From an uncultured delta proteobacterium (GTDB lineage Bacteria; Desulfobacterota; BSN033; UBA1163), in the NCBI GenBank assembly GCA_963827685.1, contig CAWHBU010000014.1, forward strand, positions 1 through 10,106: a stretch of DNA of 10,106 nt. Reading direction: 5' to 3'. How positions within the stretch are numbered: position 1 is the stretch's first letter; each line of letters begins with the position of its first letter. Below, piece by piece: positions 1 to 7,809 of the stretch. Under the pieces are notes generated by a model. It saw only the letters and a list, made by a program, of their open reading frames with translations. It was not told the DNA's origin and made no database searches. A program made the position numbers and the translations under genes.

Positions 1-804
1 GCCATTTAAAAGGGTTGGACCATCCACCCAGGAACGTACTTGAACAACTTCGTAGAACATGAGAGGAACAGAGGCAAACCCTCCCCCAAAGGCAAACAGA
101 TCTATCCTGAACATGAGCGCAGCAAGATTGAAAAGCGTTCGGTCTAGGAGATAAAGCAATCCAAATCCTATGCCTGTAGCTAATAATAATAGAAAGAGAG
201 ATTTTGGAGCATGTGCCTTATCCTTGGGATTCACTACGGAAGGATGAGGTTGTTTGGCATAAAGTACCACCCCTAAAAAGGCGGCCACAATAATGACCAG
301 GATGGGATTGACCTTCAATCCAAATAGACCCGCAGCAATCAGCGCATTGATAACATTTTTCCAATTTTTAATGGAGTTCCTGCCAAAGGATAAGGTGGCG
401 TTGGCAACAACAGCGACAACGATAGCCTGAAGTCCGTTAAATGCGGAAACGACAGCAGGCAATGTATGGGTTCGGGCATAGAGGGCTGACAGGATCAGCA
501 TAAATAGAAATGCAGGCAAGCCAAATCCTATGAAACTTGCTGCAGCGCCCGCCACTCCCCTCGCTCTTAAACCTACGTAGGCAGACATTTGCATCGCCGT
601 CGCCCCAGGGATCGTCTGACAAAGGGCGACTCCATCGTGAGCGGATTGATCGTCGAGCCAGTGTTTCTTTTCAACGGCCATCTTTCGAATGTAAGCCACC
701 ATTGCCGGACCACCAAATGCGGTAGCGCCCAGTCTTAAAAATGAACTGAACAACTGGATTAACGAAGGGTTTGGATTAGGGTGTTGATATTGGGACTGTT
801 CCAT
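1..804 (-). CDS. chrA: Chromate efflux transporter, CHR family (long-chain, two-domain); 3' end truncated by the window edge
   Basis: Hand translation from ATG at 804 is open to position 1: MEQSQYQHPNPNPSLIQLFSSFLRLGATAFGGPAMVAYIRKMAVEKKHWLDD...VALCQTIPGATAMQMSAYVG... with a second repeat RIDLFAFGGGFASVPLMFYEVVQVRSWVD. The two FGG...W motifs and the Q.IPG motif are typical of CHR domains. Confidence 0.93.
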   Translation of the reverse strand, partial: MEQSQYQHPNPNPSLIQLFSSFLRLGATAFGGPAMVAYIRKMAVEKKHWLDDQSAHDGVALCQTIPGATAMQMSAYVGLRARGVAGAAASFIGFGLPAFLFMLILSALYARTHTLPAVVSAFNGLQAIVVAVVANATLSFGRNSIKNWKNVINALIAAGLFGLKVNPILVIIVAAFLGVVLYAKQPHPSVVNPKDKAHAPKSLFLLLLATGIGFGLLYLLDRTLFNLAALMFRIDLFAFGGGFASVPLMFYEVVQVRSWVDGPTLLNG

Positions 805-823
805 CAAGCAATCCGCTTTAACA

Positions 824-837
824 ATTATAGTATACCA
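824..837 (-). promoter_or_regulatory. Candidate sigma70 extended -10 element upstream of chrA
   Basis: Minus strand reads TGGTATACTATAAT: TGn-TATACT overlapping a perfect TATAAT, 20-30 nt upstream of the ATG. No good -35 box seen. Confidence 0.4.
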
Positions 838-925
838 AAACTCCTCTATCGATGCTTCCTTGATTTCATATCATCGCTTGCTCGTTTAACGGTCCTCTTA
901 AGTAATCCCCCATCCATTGTCTTGA

Positions 926-2176
926 TCAGAACATCGGTGTTGGCACAGTGCCCCATCCGCTTCCTGTTGGCGTATCGCGTATTTGAAGAATCTCCCCTGT
1001 ATGGAGGTGTATATCTACGAAGAAGAGGGGCTTCCGCGTGATATTGATGTCGAAATCATCAAATGGGGATGTGAGGTCTTTATTACCCGCAGATAGTTCG
1101 ATGAAGATGATCCTTCGTTTCATCGATGGGCTGTCGTGCATGCTTGGATTGTGAGCTTGCATTCCCGGGTGATGAGCGTGCCCTTCCGTCAGATGAGCGA
1201 AGGGATGGAATATGTACTCAGTAATCATACCGATGGTTTTATGCTGCTCGAACAACTTCCACTCCTCACCTGTATGAGCGATCATACCCTGCATCACATA
1301 GTCAATCGGAATGAAATAGGCAAGTAGACGATGCCCTTTGTTATTTTCCATCAATTGCAACTTTGAGGCAATGGCAGGATTCTGAAGCACGGAAGGAAGA
1401 AGTTGTTTTGCCGTCATTAGATCTTCTTTTGTAATGGTGATCACATCAACACGGTTGACTTGCTCTAATGGAAGATGATGAACAGTATAGGCTCGCAAGA
1501 TGAAACCGCTCCCTACGATAACAACAAGGAGTACCAGAAAGATGACAATGGCTTTTCCGATGCTCAGACGTTGTTGCGGCATTGGATTCCCTATGAATGC
1601 TCTCTCAATGAAATGCGGGAGGAACATTCCCGTCCGATTCATATAAGCAATATAGCTCTCCCCAAAACGATTGATCATCCGACGCTCCTCGTCTTTAGCA
1701 AGGAGGTAATACAAAAAGAGCATGACCGCAAAAAGCGCCAGCGTCAGAAATCTGGGCCACATGATAGCCAGTCCCAAAGCTGCCAACCCAAGTCCGAGGT
1801 ATTGAGGATGGCGAATAAGGATATATAATCCTTTTGTGGCAACACCCTTCTTCAGCAACTTGCCCAGATATACCTGTCCAGCGCAAACGAGAAATATGAG
1901 CATCCCACCCACAAAAAAAACAGATCCTAAAATACGAAGTACCGTCAATGCCTCATTTGGTGGAACGACCATATGAGGAAGAAAGAAAGCCGTTAACCAG
2001 CGAGTCATCCACGATTGATTCAGAGCGAGTAGAAATGGGTTGAATGCCGCATAGAAAAAGAACGCAAAAGGACTGATCATGATGGCAATTTCAAAAGCCA
2101 CAATGAACGATAAGAAAATAGCGCTGATCCATGCAAACCTTTTGCCTCTATTGCTGTTTGATCTTCCTTGTACCAT
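926..2176 (-). CDS. Isoprenylcysteine carboxylmethyltransferase (ICMT/PEMT)-like integral membrane protein with a C-terminal His/Met-rich soluble domain
   Basis: Motifs TKGLYILIRHPQYLG and DEERRMINRFGESYIAYMNRTGMFLP, several TM helices, then an extra TM and a ~190-aa domain containing HPFAHLTEGHAHHPGMQAHNPSMH. Start moved from 2209 to ATG 2176 because AGAAAGGAG lies at 2187-2195. Confidence 0.8.
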   Translation of the reverse strand: MVQGRSNSNRGKRFAWISAIFLSFIVAFEIAIMISPFAFFFYAAFNPFLLALNQSWMTRWLTAFFLPHMVVPPNEALTVLRILGSVFFVGGMLIFLVCAGQVYLGKLLKKGVATKGLYILIRHPQYLGLGLAALGLAIMWPRFLTLALFAVMLFLYYLLAKDEERRMINRFGESYIAYMNRTGMFLPHFIERAFIGNPMPQQRLSIGKAIVIFLVLLVVIVGSGFILRAYTVHHLPLEQVNRVDVITITKEDLMTAKQLLPSVLQNPAIASKLQLMENNKGHRLLAYFIPIDYVMQGMIAHTGEEWKLFEQHKTIGMITEYIFHPFAHLTEGHAHHPGMQAHNPSMHDSPSMKRRIIFIELSAGNKDLTSPFDDFDINITRKPLFFVDIHLHTGEILQIRDTPTGSGWGTVPTPMF

Positions 2177-2315
2177 TTTAGAAAAACTCCTTTCTATTAG
2201 GGGTGCCAAGATTTCGAAGATTTCCTATATCAACTCAATTTACAATATTTGTATCTCCATTTCACCGCTCTTCGCTTTTTGAGTTGTTGCGGAACCCAGG
2301 GCGCTTCTGCAAGGG

Positions 2316-2351
2316 ACCTCAGGACCTTACATGAAACCTTAGCTCCTTACA
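2316..2351 (-). repeat. Imperfect 16-bp direct repeat with 20-bp period; possible regulator binding site
   Basis: Minus strand TGTAAGGAGCTAAGGT-TTCA-TGTAAGGTCCTGAGGT (13/16 identical), intergenic, upstream of the ICMT-like gene. Confidence 0.45.
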
Positions 2352-2360
2352 GGCGCGCGC

Positions 2361-3269
2361 TCAAGGTTCGACAACAACGTGAAGTGTGTAACGTGGGCCG
2401 CCTTGGAGCTGTGCGTCGATCTCGGCAATGCCGGACACCGGGCCGCCCGTGACGGAAAAACGTACAATGCCTAACCGGGCAAAGCCCGGGCCAAAACGTT
2501 CCGGCTTGAGTGTGACAGCGACCCCGCGCCGCACAACCGTTCCGATCGGCGTTCCATCGCTGAGGATCTCCAGGTTTTCATTGGTGCCGAGACTCAGATC
2601 AATGGAGGAGCGGGCCTTATCGGGCAAATTGATTAAGAGGTCAATAGGCAGCGGTGCGGCCTGGCCCGCCTTCACATGCTGCCAATCCTCATTTCGACCC
2701 TCGTGAAGTTGGTTGTAGGCAGCGACGATCGGCACCGGCTTTGAAGTAATGTGGACGACGGCATGCGTGGTCCCAGACAATTCTCCGGCATCCGAGATTT
2801 TGATCGTGATTGGATAGTCTCCTTCCCGCAAAGGGTTGAGCGGACCCCAACGCAGGTGAATCGCCTTCAAGCCTGGGCGCTCCGGTGGGCCGACGGGGAA
2901 GGCCTCTTTTAGTTTGAGAAAGATGGTACGTGGGTCCGTAGGATCCAGCCCTACGGCAAAGGGTACGGGCGCGGCCTTCTGCGGCCAGCCGTAGAGGAGG
3001 ACAGCCTCTGGATGGATACCCAGCTTCGGTGTAAACGCCGGCGGGAATGTGAAGCGGAAAGTTGCGCCGGCCGGTAGGGCATACCCCGATTCAGCCGGGT
3101 TGGATGACTTATCGAAGACGACCCACGCCTCGAACGGGTATCCGGCTGCGAGCCCCTGGCTCGTCATCGGCTGGTATTCGATGGTCGCCTCCGGTGGACT
3201 CGCCATGACAGTTGTAGCCAAAAACACAACGGTCATTGTACTGAATAACAATATGTAAATCTTCCTCAT
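2361..3269 (-). CDS. Secreted/periplasmic hypothetical protein, 302 aa
   Basis: Long ORF with AGGAGGT RBS just upstream and a Sec-type signal peptide (MRKIYILLFSTMTVVFLATTVMA|SP). The mature part is Pro/Gly-rich and looks beta-rich. No family recognised. Confidence 0.85.
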   Translation of the reverse strand: MRKIYILLFSTMTVVFLATTVMASPPEATIEYQPMTSQGLAAGYPFEAWVVFDKSSNPAESGYALPAGATFRFTFPPAFTPKLGIHPEAVLLYGWPQKAAPVPFAVGLDPTDPRTIFLKLKEAFPVGPPERPGLKAIHLRWGPLNPLREGDYPITIKISDAGELSGTTHAVVHITSKPVPIVAAYNQLHEGRNEDWQHVKAGQAAPLPIDLLINLPDKARSSIDLSLGTNENLEILSDGTPIGTVVRRGVAVTLKPERFGPGFARLGIVRFSVTGGPVSGIAEIDAQLQGGPRYTLHVVVEP

Positions 3270-3293
3270 GCTATACCTCCTGTAAATACTCCT

Positions 3294-3321
3294 ATAATAA
3301 CAAAAAATTTTTCTAAGTGAA
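3294..3321 (-). promoter_or_regulatory. Candidate sigma70 promoter for the 302-aa gene
   Basis: TTCACT (3321-3316), 16-bp spacer, then TATTAT (3299-3294) preceded by TGn, in an AT-rich intergenic stretch followed by two tandem SD-like AGGAG motifs. Confidence 0.4.
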
Positions 3322-3339
3322 AAAAAGGGGGGAACGGCC

Positions 3340-3583
3340 TCATATACTAAGATGAACGCTGGTATACAAATTCCTCAAAATTTCAGCCGGCTTCATCCGG
3401 ACGGTCCACCTTCCCATCACATAACTCACCAGTGCGCCTGCTGCAAGAGACAAGGCCATCGAGATCGCCCTCAGACTGGCTGATACGCTTACCGGAAGCC
3501 GAATAACCCGAGAAGCGGCTTCTGCATCCTTGGCAAATGCAGGCAAAAGATTTACCTCCCGGGGGGTTGATACGGGAGCCCTG
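3340..3583 (-). pseudogene. C-terminal remnant of an FtsX/MacB-like ABC permease
   Basis: Frame reads ...VIRLPVSVSASLRAISMALSLAAGALVSYVMGRWTVRMKPAEILRNL, resembling the last TM helix and tail of FtsX permeases (compare ASRMEPIKALRHV in the intact permease). No credible RBS or start. The codon after ILRNL is TAT (3366-3364), one base from a stop. Confidence 0.6.
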
Positions 3584-4960
3584 TTAAAAACCAAAATAGT
3601 ACCTCACTCTGAATTCTATCCTGTAATCGTTTTGCTTTTCGCCGAAATCGGTTCCTTTATGTCCGACCAGGGCCATTCCTTTAAGTCGGAATTCCCAGTT
3701 CTTGAAGCCCTCGTACAGAAGCTCGGGAGAAATGGAAAAACTTCGGTCATCGAGATTCATAATCGTGGTGATGGCGGGTGTAAAGTAAAGTATATTGAAA
3801 GGTTCTTTTTGACTGATCCGCAAGTAAAGGTAGTCTTTTCCTGGATTCATTCCTCCATAGTTGCCCAGGAACAGGGTCTCGGCCTTTATGACCTGATTAT
3901 TCTTCCCAGTGGATTGGAATGTATCAAAGGCCCTGTGTGTGAATGAAAAAAAATCCTCCAATTCAGACGAGCTATAACCAGGTGCATTATGATAATATTC
4001 GAGAATGTAAGTGGTGTCCATCGAGGAAAGGTACCGTAGACCCAAGAGAAAACTCTTGGCATCGAATGTAGTCTTGAAGGTATTCCCGCTGCTGTCGATT
4101 GAAGTTTTCTGTTGATGGTTGGTGAAGGCAAACTCTCCATGGACCTCCAAGTTCGTTGTAACATTCCTTGAGAAATCAAATCCAAACCGATTTGTCTTGC
4201 TTCCACCGGTCAAAAAAAGAAAATCGATATCGGTATCATAAAAAAGAAAATAGACTCTGCCGGCAACATTGACATGGCCGATCTCTCCGAAGGTATCATT
4301 TACGTGGTGGTAAACAGGAAATATCACGGGCGTCACGGAGAGCGTTTTTAGTGGCCCACTGAAGCTCTTGATGTAATCTGCCGTGGCAGCGATATACCCT
4401 TCGCGAGGAAGCTCGGGGTCGTCCGGGTTTTTGGGGCGGTCGACAAAAGCCACAGGGTTCCAGGCATATCCTTTGCCCCAGCCGAACACCCTTTTCCCAA
4501 GATCGATGGTCAACGAGGATGAAGGTTTAAAGGACACGTAACCTTCATAAATCTTTGTCTCATGGTCCCAGCCTTGGTAAGTATGATTCAAGCCCAGATT
4601 CGTTTTCAAAAAAAGTCCGACAATCCCTTTCTCATAGCTCCCTTCAAGCCAGACTCTGCCGTCGTAATCCTCGATGGTGCTTCCCTCTTTACGATTAAAA
4701 AAGTTCAGCTTGTAGATTGCATTGTCCTTGTCCAGGCCGTAGAGAATAGGCCTGAATTCGAGATAGCCACCGATATGGTAGGGCTTTTTCTGAATTTCGG
4801 AAGCTTCAAATTTATACTCTTCTGCCGGCGGAGCGGAAGGCGGAGCCTGGGTCTCAGTCGTTTGACCGGTAGGACTTTGAGATGGGTACTCTTCTGCAAA
4901 AGAACTAATTGAGACGAAAAAGAAGAGTAAGACGACAGAGGTGTAAAGAAATCTGTTCAT
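3584..4960 (-). CDS. Outer-membrane beta-barrel protein, uncharacterised, 458 aa
   Basis: Signal peptide (…SISSFA|EE), Pro/Thr/Gln linker, alternating aromatic-rich amphipathic strands, GKRVFGWGKGYAWNPV motif, and a C-terminal BAM-type strand ending IEFRVRYYFGF. Confidence 0.85.
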   Translation of the reverse strand: MNRFLYTSVVLLFFFVSISSFAEEYPSQSPTGQTTETQAPPSAPPAEEYKFEASEIQKKPYHIGGYLEFRPILYGLDKDNAIYKLNFFNRKEGSTIEDYDGRVWLEGSYEKGIVGLFLKTNLGLNHTYQGWDHETKIYEGYVSFKPSSSLTIDLGKRVFGWGKGYAWNPVAFVDRPKNPDDPELPREGYIAATADYIKSFSGPLKTLSVTPVIFPVYHHVNDTFGEIGHVNVAGRVYFLFYDTDIDFLFLTGGSKTNRFGFDFSRNVTTNLEVHGEFAFTNHQQKTSIDSSGNTFKTTFDAKSFLLGLRYLSSMDTTYILEYYHNAPGYSSSELEDFFSFTHRAFDTFQSTGKNNQVIKAETLFLGNYGGMNPGKDYLYLRISQKEPFNILYFTPAITTIMNLDDRSFSISPELLYEGFKNWEFRLKGMALVGHKGTDFGEKQNDYRIEFRVRYYFGF

Positions 4961-5018
4961 ATGAATCTTCCGCTGATCCTCAAATTCCTATCCCACCCTT
5001 TCTCTTCTTCTGAAGTTC

Positions 5019-5750
5019 CTATTTCCTCAACGATTCCATTTTGGGCATATAAGTGAGAGTGAACACCTCATCTTTGAAATCCCTCTGTTTAATTTTCGCA
5101 AAGATCATAATTGACTTGTACCCCTTATAGAGGGGACTGTCCGTCTCGATGACCGAGGGCCGGACGATACCCCCTCCAAAATCTTTGACTTCCTTAAAGT
5201 AGAGAGTCTTGATGAGCATACCTGCCTCCGTAAGGCACTCAATCTTTACGGGAAGCTTCTTGTCCTTATCTGCCCATAGCTTCAATCGATCGTAGGCAAC
5301 GGTCTTCGTCTTGGCCTTGAGCTGAAGGAAGTATTCGTTTTCCTTTTCTTCCACGTTCTCAACGTTGTATTCAGCCGCGTAATCCAGGCTCAAGATGTCC
5401 GCGTTGTTAAAAACTCCCCCGATGACGGACTGAAGGCTTGTAATCCGTATCGGCTTTCCTACGTTGGGGATGTAGAGCCACATATTGTCTCCGAGGCGCA
5501 GAGTGCTTCTTCCTTTGTCGCTTGCCGGAGCAAGAAAGACCCCTGCAATCTTGTCCACACCTTTTTTGACCGAGAAAAATGTATATTCCATCTTCCGGCC
5601 ATTGGGCTCAACATTGATCAGCTTACGATACATTTCGTAAGATTCAGGGTTGAGATTTCGGTCAATTTGTTTCAAAAGCTGGGTGCCGTCAATCGCATAG
5701 GCGGGAGCGGCAATGAGTAGAGCGACCAAACAAATCAGAATCTTTTTCAT
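5019..5750 (-). CDS. LolA-like periplasmic protein (outer membrane lipoprotein-sorting protein family)
   Basis: Signal peptide (…APAYA|ID), motifs FLAPASDKGRSTLRLGDNMWLYIP and GGVFNNADI. GAGG RBS at 5757-5760 favours ATG 5750. Position between an FtsX-type permease and an OM barrel fits this family. Confidence 0.88.
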   Translation of the reverse strand: MKKILICLVALLIAAPAYAIDGTQLLKQIDRNLNPESYEMYRKLINVEPNGRKMEYTFFSVKKGVDKIAGVFLAPASDKGRSTLRLGDNMWLYIPNVGKPIRITSLQSVIGGVFNNADILSLDYAAEYNVENVEEKENEYFLQLKAKTKTVAYDRLKLWADKDKKLPVKIECLTEAGMLIKTLYFKEVKDFGGGIVRPSVIETDSPLYKGYKSIMIFAKIKQRDFKDEVFTLTYMPKMESLRK

Positions 5751-5846
5751 ATTCAACCTCTCTTTCCACGGTTACATTTTCGTCTGAGGCTTACATGGTT
5801 TGAGGTAAAACAATTTTGCCTCCGGCCTCCAACCTCTAACCCTATT

Positions 5847-7085
5847 CTATACATGTCTTAGTGCCTTAATCGGCTCCATTCGCGAAGCCTTAAAGGCAGG
5901 TTGCAAACTGGCGATCACTGAAATCAAGATCACAATGAGAGAGATGATCAGGACATCTCCCGGAGCAATGGTTGCTGAGAGGACGAGTCCCTTTTGCATG
6001 CCAAAATCAAAGGTGATGCCGATGCGATTGAGGATTAGGATGACGATGATTCCCAGAATGTCCCCTGCCAAAGCGCCCATCGCTCCAAGGCAGAATCCCT
6101 CAACTAAAAACATGGAAAGAATCTTCCCCGGCAGGGTGCCAATGGCAGCGATTGTGCCGATCTCTCGAATCCTTTCATAAACCGCCATGATCATCACATT
6201 CATAATGCTTATCAAAACGACCGCGATCAGCATGAGTTTGATAAAGAAGGACATCACGTCGATCATCCTGGCAATGTTGTAAAAGGGAGACAGTTTCTCC
6301 CAGGTATGGACCTCAAAGATCGGTTTTCCCTCTTTGTTTACCTCTCCCGCCAGGAGTCCTTCAAGTTTTTCACTAAAGGCATTGAGCTGCCCAAAATGCT
6401 TAAGCCGGATGGCTACTTCGCTGATCTCCATTTCCTCCATTCTTAGGGTCTCCATGGCATCTTGGATATGGATATAACCGTCTCTACCTCCCGGCCCGGT
6501 GACACTTTCGAGGATGCCGGAAACTCTGAACTGCTTCCCATTGACAGATCCATCCTTATTTGTAGCAACGATGACAATCGTATCTCCGACGTTCACCTTC
6601 ATTCCCATTGCGAGTAGATCGGGGACTAAGATTTCTCCCTTGTTCAAGGTCTTTTGGCCCCGAATGATTCTTGAGGGCAGAAGGGGAATGGTTTTGAATT
6701 CCTGGTCCGGGTTGACCCCATTCAATCTTATATTCGTCGTCTCCACGAAAGTGCTAAACATCCCGCCGAATTTGATCCGGGGTGAAAAGGCTTCGACCTC
6801 CGGTTGCTTATTTAGAATATCAGCCAGTTTCTTAAATGCCTGCGGCTTCAGGTTTAAATTGAGGGGGAGGTTGTCGATGGATGCCAAGTAACCCTTTCGA
6901 TGAACCTCAAGATGTCCCAGCATCGAATCCGTTATCTGTCCGACCATCATATTTTTAAAGGATCCTGAAACGGAAATGTAAAGTAAGACGAAAATAACCC
7001 CGATGGTCACGAGAGAGGCCGTCAGCAAAGTCCTCCTCTTATATCTCCTGAGATTCCGGACTGCAATTTTGAAGAGATTACCCAT
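5847..7085 (-). CDS. ABC transporter permease, FtsX/LolC-E/MacB-like (type VII), 412 aa
   Basis: IAVRNLRRYKRRTLLT N-terminus, TM1, large periplasmic domain, NVMIMAVYERIREIGTIAAIG motif, three C-terminal TMs, QPAFKASRMEPIKALR tail. AAGGAGG RBS precedes ATG 7085, which overlaps the ATPase stop by 8 bp. Confidence 0.93.
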   Translation of the reverse strand: MGNLFKIAVRNLRRYKRRTLLTASLVTIGVIFVLLYISVSGSFKNMMVGQITDSMLGHLEVHRKGYLASIDNLPLNLNLKPQAFKKLADILNKQPEVEAFSPRIKFGGMFSTFVETTNIRLNGVNPDQEFKTIPLLPSRIIRGQKTLNKGEILVPDLLAMGMKVNVGDTIVIVATNKDGSVNGKQFRVSGILESVTGPGGRDGYIHIQDAMETLRMEEMEISEVAIRLKHFGQLNAFSEKLEGLLAGEVNKEGKPIFEVHTWEKLSPFYNIARMIDVMSFFIKLMLIAVVLISIMNVMIMAVYERIREIGTIAAIGTLPGKILSMFLVEGFCLGAMGALAGDILGIIVILILNRIGITFDFGMQKGLVLSATIAPGDVLIISLIVILISVIASLQPAFKASRMEPIKALRHV

Positions 7086-7782
7086 TTTTCTTCCCTCCTT
7101 TGGCCTGTTTTCCGGCAATTTCTCCATCCTCCAGCGCATAGATAATTTCTGCTTCCCCTACGATCTTTTGATCGTGCGTCGAGAAAATGAAGGTGGTCTG
7201 AAATTCATCCCTCATCTTTTTCATGAGTTCGATGACAAGATAGGCTGTTTTATGATCCAGGTTTGCAGTTGGTTCATCAGCCAAGACAAGCTTTGGATTT
7301 GTGACCAACGCCCTGGCAATAGCCACCCTCTGCTTTTGCCCTCCTGAAATTTGATCAGGAAACTTATCCTTTTGCTCGATCATTCCCACGGCCTCCAAAA
7401 GAGTCATCACCCTCTTTTTTCTGTCTCCAGGAGAGACATTTTGAACCATGAGCAGGGGGTATTCAATATTTTCAAAGACCGTGAGTATGGGTATCAGGTT
7501 GAAATCCTGGAAGATAAACCCGATGTTGTTTCCCCTGAATGAGGCGCTTTGTTTCCGGTCAAGGTGGAGGACATCGGTGTCTGCCACCATCAATTTTCCC
7601 TCCGTGGGTTTATCAAGACACCCGATCAAATTCAAAAGGGTCGTCTTGCCGCTTCCCGAGGGGCCGACAAAGGAAACGAAGGAAGCAGGCTCGATTTCAA
7701 AGCTGATCCCTTTTAACGCCCGGACCGTTATCTCACCAACCTGGTAATCCTTACTAATGTTCTCTGCCGCAATGAGTTCCAT
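7078..7782 (-). CDS. ABC transporter ATP-binding protein, LolD/MacB-like, 234 aa
   Basis: Walker A GPSGSGKTT, Q-loop GFIFQDFNL, signature ISGGQKQRV, Walker B VLADEPTANLD, H-loop STHD. AAAGGAGA RBS precedes ATG 7782. Confidence 0.95.
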   Translation of the reverse strand: MELIAAENISKDYQVGEITVRALKGISFEIEPASFVSFVGPSGSGKTTLLNLIGCLDKPTEGKLMVADTDVLHLDRKQSASFRGNNIGFIFQDFNLIPILTVFENIEYPLLMVQNVSPGDRKKRVMTLLEAVGMIEQKDKFPDQISGGQKQRVAIARALVTNPKLVLADEPTANLDHKTAYLVIELMKKMRDEFQTTFIFSTHDQKIVGEAEIIYALEDGEIAGKQAKGGKKNG

Positions 7783-7809
7783 ATTATCTCCTTTCAAATA
7801 TTCCTTTTT

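Noticed and set aside
846-869. Tiny ORF MKSRKHR upstream of chrA
   Set aside because: Seven codons with no distinguishing features, so there is no evidence it is translated.
2193-2209. TTGGCAC resembling a sigma54 -24 box upstream of the ICMT-like gene
   Set aside because: The -12 position reads AG instead of GC and would overlap the RBS.
3320-3340. CCCCCC-TTTTTTT on the minus strand resembling an intrinsic terminator
   Set aside because: No convincing complementary 5' arm to form a stem.
5772-5796. TTACAT repeated twice in the permease/LolA-like intergenic gap
   Set aside because: Two 6-mers are compatible with chance and have no supporting promoter elements.
5847-7782. Assigning gene symbols lolD/lolE or macB
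   Set aside because: Family membership is clear, but orthology cannot be established from motifs, and the gene context differs from canonical lol and mac loci.
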